From: Balanoglossus misakiensis
Taxonomy: Eukaryota; Animalia; Hemichordata
Assembly: GCA_040954595.2 (NCBI GenBank)
Contig: CM082578.2
Location: forward strand, 14,104,304 to 14,168,303
Direction: 5' to 3'
DNA length: 64,000 nt
Shown here: piece after piece, positions 60,351 through 64,000 of the stretch
Numbering within the stretch: the stretch's first letter is position 1
Layout: the number at the start of each line of letters is the position of its first letter
The notes under the pieces: model-generated
What the model was told of the DNA's origin: nothing
What the model saw: only the letters and a program-made list of their open reading frames with translations
The model's database searches: none
Program-made: the position numbers and the translations under genes

Positions 60351-63300
60351 GGCTCCACCACTGGTTTTCAAATCAGAGAAGTCCGAGCAGCGAGCAAGCG
60401 AGGCAGCTTGGCTTAAAGAGGAGCCCAGCGCTGCGAAACCGAGTCTGTCACAAACCCGGAGTGTAGACCTCTTATATCAGTGTAAACTGTTCAACAGCTG
60501 CTCTCCATACATTATCATTTGAAAGCCTTGCCATCTGAATTGGTGAATATGCAAGCACACTTTTATATATATATCCCCCCTGACGTATTGCAAGATAAAT
60601 GGCTGGTACACTACCTGTGAATATGATGACCAACGCCTAAGAGATATTCGAAAAGAGTCCCACAGGGGGCATGTCTATGATTAAAACATCGTACGAAAGA
60701 TAGTCCCTACCGTCCCATAATGCTTGATTTGCTTCATAAAAGCGACGCAGCGGTTAATTGGCGGAGCAACCCCGAATTGAGAGTGATGACACCTTTTCTC
60801 CGCTGAACTAAACCCTACAGATTTGGAATATCGACCTCCAGAAATTTGTTTGATAACGGAGCCATATTTCTTCCTGCAAATGCACGTGAACTTGATAATT
60901 GGTGTTTTTCATGGGGGCGGACGATCGATGACATTCTGTTCGATGTCGGTACTAATAATACTTGAAATGCCTGTCATGTAATTTTCCAATGCGCAAACTT
61001 CTATTTCACATACACCCTAACCATCATGATGTCTGTAGAAGATTCATGAGGAGCCAACAAAAACCTTGATATCTGTCCACATATAAACCATCCAACATGT
61101 GGCATCCAGCATATTGCACTGCTGAAACACGCAGGGCGCGTAATGTAGTACTTACTTTATTCTTTAAGAAGTGTGAAATGTATTATACATGCAAATTGAG
61201 TGGACAAATAAACAATGGATCGGTTTCCAGCAGCAGGTGCTGCTTTTTTCGTAGAATTTCGCTGTGTTCCCCGCCTTCACATATTCAATTTTTTTTTTCG
61301 GGGGGGGGGGGGGGGTAGCTACGTATTACATTCTATATTGTTACAGATTCTCTTCAAGAGTTGGCGATTTGAATCAAACGACTCGGTACGGTCTCTTTTT
61401 TCGAGTCATTGACCGAAGCCTAAACAAACAAGAGTCTGTCGCGACAATTCGACCAGAAGCGAAAGTCGTAAAATGTCAGCCACTATAAAGCAGATTCAAT
61501 CAGGAATCATTGCGCTCGTTGCGAAATGATAGGGTGTACTTCACCTAGCTAAAATATCATATACAAACCAGCTATAGCCAAGAAAACAGATGAAATATTA
61601 TTTTTGCAATGATTACACCGTCACGTACCAGACACAACGACTTCGATATGAGAGGAAGTGTGGAGACAACGGCAAACGAGTCTGGAGACAAGACTAAATT
61701 AGACAGATATGCGGATTAGACGGACAACTTCATGACATTTTCGCTGTATTATAAATCAGGCATGATAACCTTATATCATCACAGGCGATCGACTTGCGTC
61801 TGACACCCTCTCAGTGCTTCTGTCAATCTCTTTCATGATCGATATCATGATGTGCGTCCGAGATAAAAGATAATCTGAATTTCATTCTGAAGTTGAATAT
61901 ATGAGTAGCGATAACCACACTCGAGTCACGTGATCCCAAAAGTATTGCAATTATTGATTAAGACAAAAAACACCGAAAACACAAAAAGTATTGTGATTTA
62001 AAAAATCACCAAGCGACTAGTGGGCTAGTCTACGATCACATGTGAATGTGTTGATTACAATGTATGTGTATAACCTGGGGCCTCGGGTATTCCGGGGATG
62101 TCGAGATGAGCAACTCCACCGGTATATCGAGGTCCAGGGGAATCGTAAAAGTAAAATAGCTGATAATGACCCTACTCTCCTATAGTCGGCTCTTCCTCGG
62201 CAGTATTAATAGGTTTAATATACGGGGAAATGATTTACGCTTCAACGAGACAGCCTTTGGCTGCTGTTTAGGCGCAGTTGTTCTTTATTCTCGTCGAGTT
62301 TCTCAGCTGCCCACCTGACGATAGTAAAACAACTAAATGGCGAGAGATGTTTACACTTAAAATAGCTCGGAAGGGAAATGGGGGAAAACGAGGAGGAGTT
62401 ACAATTGATACATGACAGGTGTCAATAACGTTCGAAACACACTGCATTCTCTTTCCTACACGAAGCAAATGTGTTTTTAAATACATGTGTTACTTTGGAG
62501 TGTGTTACTGCATCAAGAGATTATTCGAATTTGGGTAGGATTTTAGAATATTTGATGTAAGCCGTTTCGTCTTTCATATCTGTACCCACGAGACAAAAGA
62601 CAAAGACGTCGCATCGCAGCTACTTTTACGCCTCAAATCAAAATGGCGGTCCCTCTAGACCACGCACTCATCGTTGATTGTATCGTTACAGACGGAGGAC
62701 TTTTAGATTGACTCTGAGACGGAGGGGAACATGCATAATACAACACTACACGTGCAAAGACTCTTTGTTCCCCTGGGACATTATCTGTGCTACTGCATTT
62801 TGTCCGCTGAGATATTGGCAAGCACTACCTGGCATAGTAACATTCACTCACAACACAAAACTTTCGAAGATAACTTTGACAGAAGGTGCACACTTGGTTC
62901 GGCCATATTTCTCTGCAGGCTCTGCGCTGGGCTCGACCGCAGTGGTTGGAGTTTCATTTCACCTCGCGCACGATTTTGCGCAAAAGTTTCATTTTTTCGA
63001 CGAACCAGGACTTCCTTGGACTACTTTTCTGACCTACAATCGAAAGCCCCTAATGAATAGAATAACTTTCGGTTTACCTTTTCGAGAGAGAAAAATGAGA
63101 GAAAACTTACAGTAGATGTGCGCCATGGGGGCTGCAAGCCAGGAGGCACCCTCGGTTTTCGTCGTCTTTTCCGTGGCCAATGGTTTTTGTACTTTCTCCT
63201 AAATGAAGCTACCAAAATCTTGGGAAATCCAGTCCATATCGTCACAGTCATGCCAACCACATTCACTTTCACTCGACTCGGAAATTGGTCAACTTTCAGC

Positions 63301-63795
63301 CATGATTTTTGTACGTCAAAGGTTGAATTTTGAATGATGGAAGCGTGGCACCTCACTGACCATGTGACCGATGCGCAGGTTGACAACTATCCAACCGAAA
63401 TTTGCATTCACCAGGTGCATTTTGTGAAACTTGTGATTGGTTGATGTGATAGAGACGTTGTTTAGCATGCCCATGCATTAATTCACGTGCAAATTGCCTG
63501 GAGGTCAATATTTTTCTCTCAACAAAATCGATCAAGAGATAAATTACCTCTGGCCAATATCAAGAGATGTCCCTGCTGTGAACTCCGAATATCGCGAGTG
63601 CAATTGTTATCAGATGTCACGTAATCTTTCCGCATTATAAAGTGCGTATGAATTGATGTAGGCCAGCGGCATGGAGACAGGCTTTTATAGTCGTCAGTCG
63701 AATCGATTATTTAACAAAGTGCACGTATGATTAAAACCAAAAATTCCTCCTCCCACTTAGATTTGAATTTGGGGAGGCGATCGCTTCAGTATTAC

Positions 63796-63866
63796 AGCTC
63801 GAGGTTTTGCCTGGTATTGTGTGTAGATATGTCGTTCACGCACAATACCAGGCAAAACCTCGAGCT
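63796..63866. repeat. Perfect 26-bp inverted repeat with 19-nt spacer (71-nt hairpin)
   Basis: AGCTCGAGGTTTTGCCTGGTATTGTG (63796-63821) is the exact reverse complement of CACAATACCAGGCAAAACCTCGAGCT (63841-63866). Confidence 0.95.
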
Positions 63867-64000
63867 ACATGCAGCACTGCAGCTAGGAGGGGGGGGGGGG
63901 GGGATATAGGTACATATGTATTATCACGTCCAAGCCAATACATGTACAATACTGGGCCGCTATAAATAGATCTCACGGGCCCATTCACCATGGATGTACC

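Noticed and set aside
62633-63535. Overlapping 60-145-aa ORFs, YY1-like AAAATGGCGG at about 62640 and a minus-strand donor at 63110
   Set aside because: No domain or consistent exon chain. It may be non-coding transcription or a repeat, but cannot be supported.

Overview
Eukaryotic, intron-rich, AT-rich animal DNA. Gene content and repeat style suggest a marine invertebrate deuterostome (hemichordate or echinoderm-like); that assignment is inference. Nine protein-coding genes can be reconstructed from GT-AG splice sites with consistent reading phases. In order: the 5' part of PXK (-, runs off the left end); an orphan class-A GPCR (-); a type II membrane mucin with two SEA domains (-), built by a recent four-exon tandem duplication plus a 99-bp VNTR; ARMC10-like (-) head-to-head with MRPS25 (+); rabenosyn-5/RBSN (+); a somatomedin-B-domain secretin/adhesion-like 7TM receptor with no recognisable GPS motif (-); a 17-exon CNBD2-like gene (+); and a second orphan class-A GPCR (-). 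Non-coding signals include a TA-flanked MITE, two strong hairpins, a poly(A) insertion with a target-site duplication, a near-consensus CTCF site, housekeeping promoter motifs, and CRE+TATA arrangements upstream of the receptor genes. No rRNA, tRNA or CRISPR was found. The least familiar items are the SEA-mucin and the GPS-less SMB-7TM receptor. Most short ORFs in the track are noise or exon fragments.
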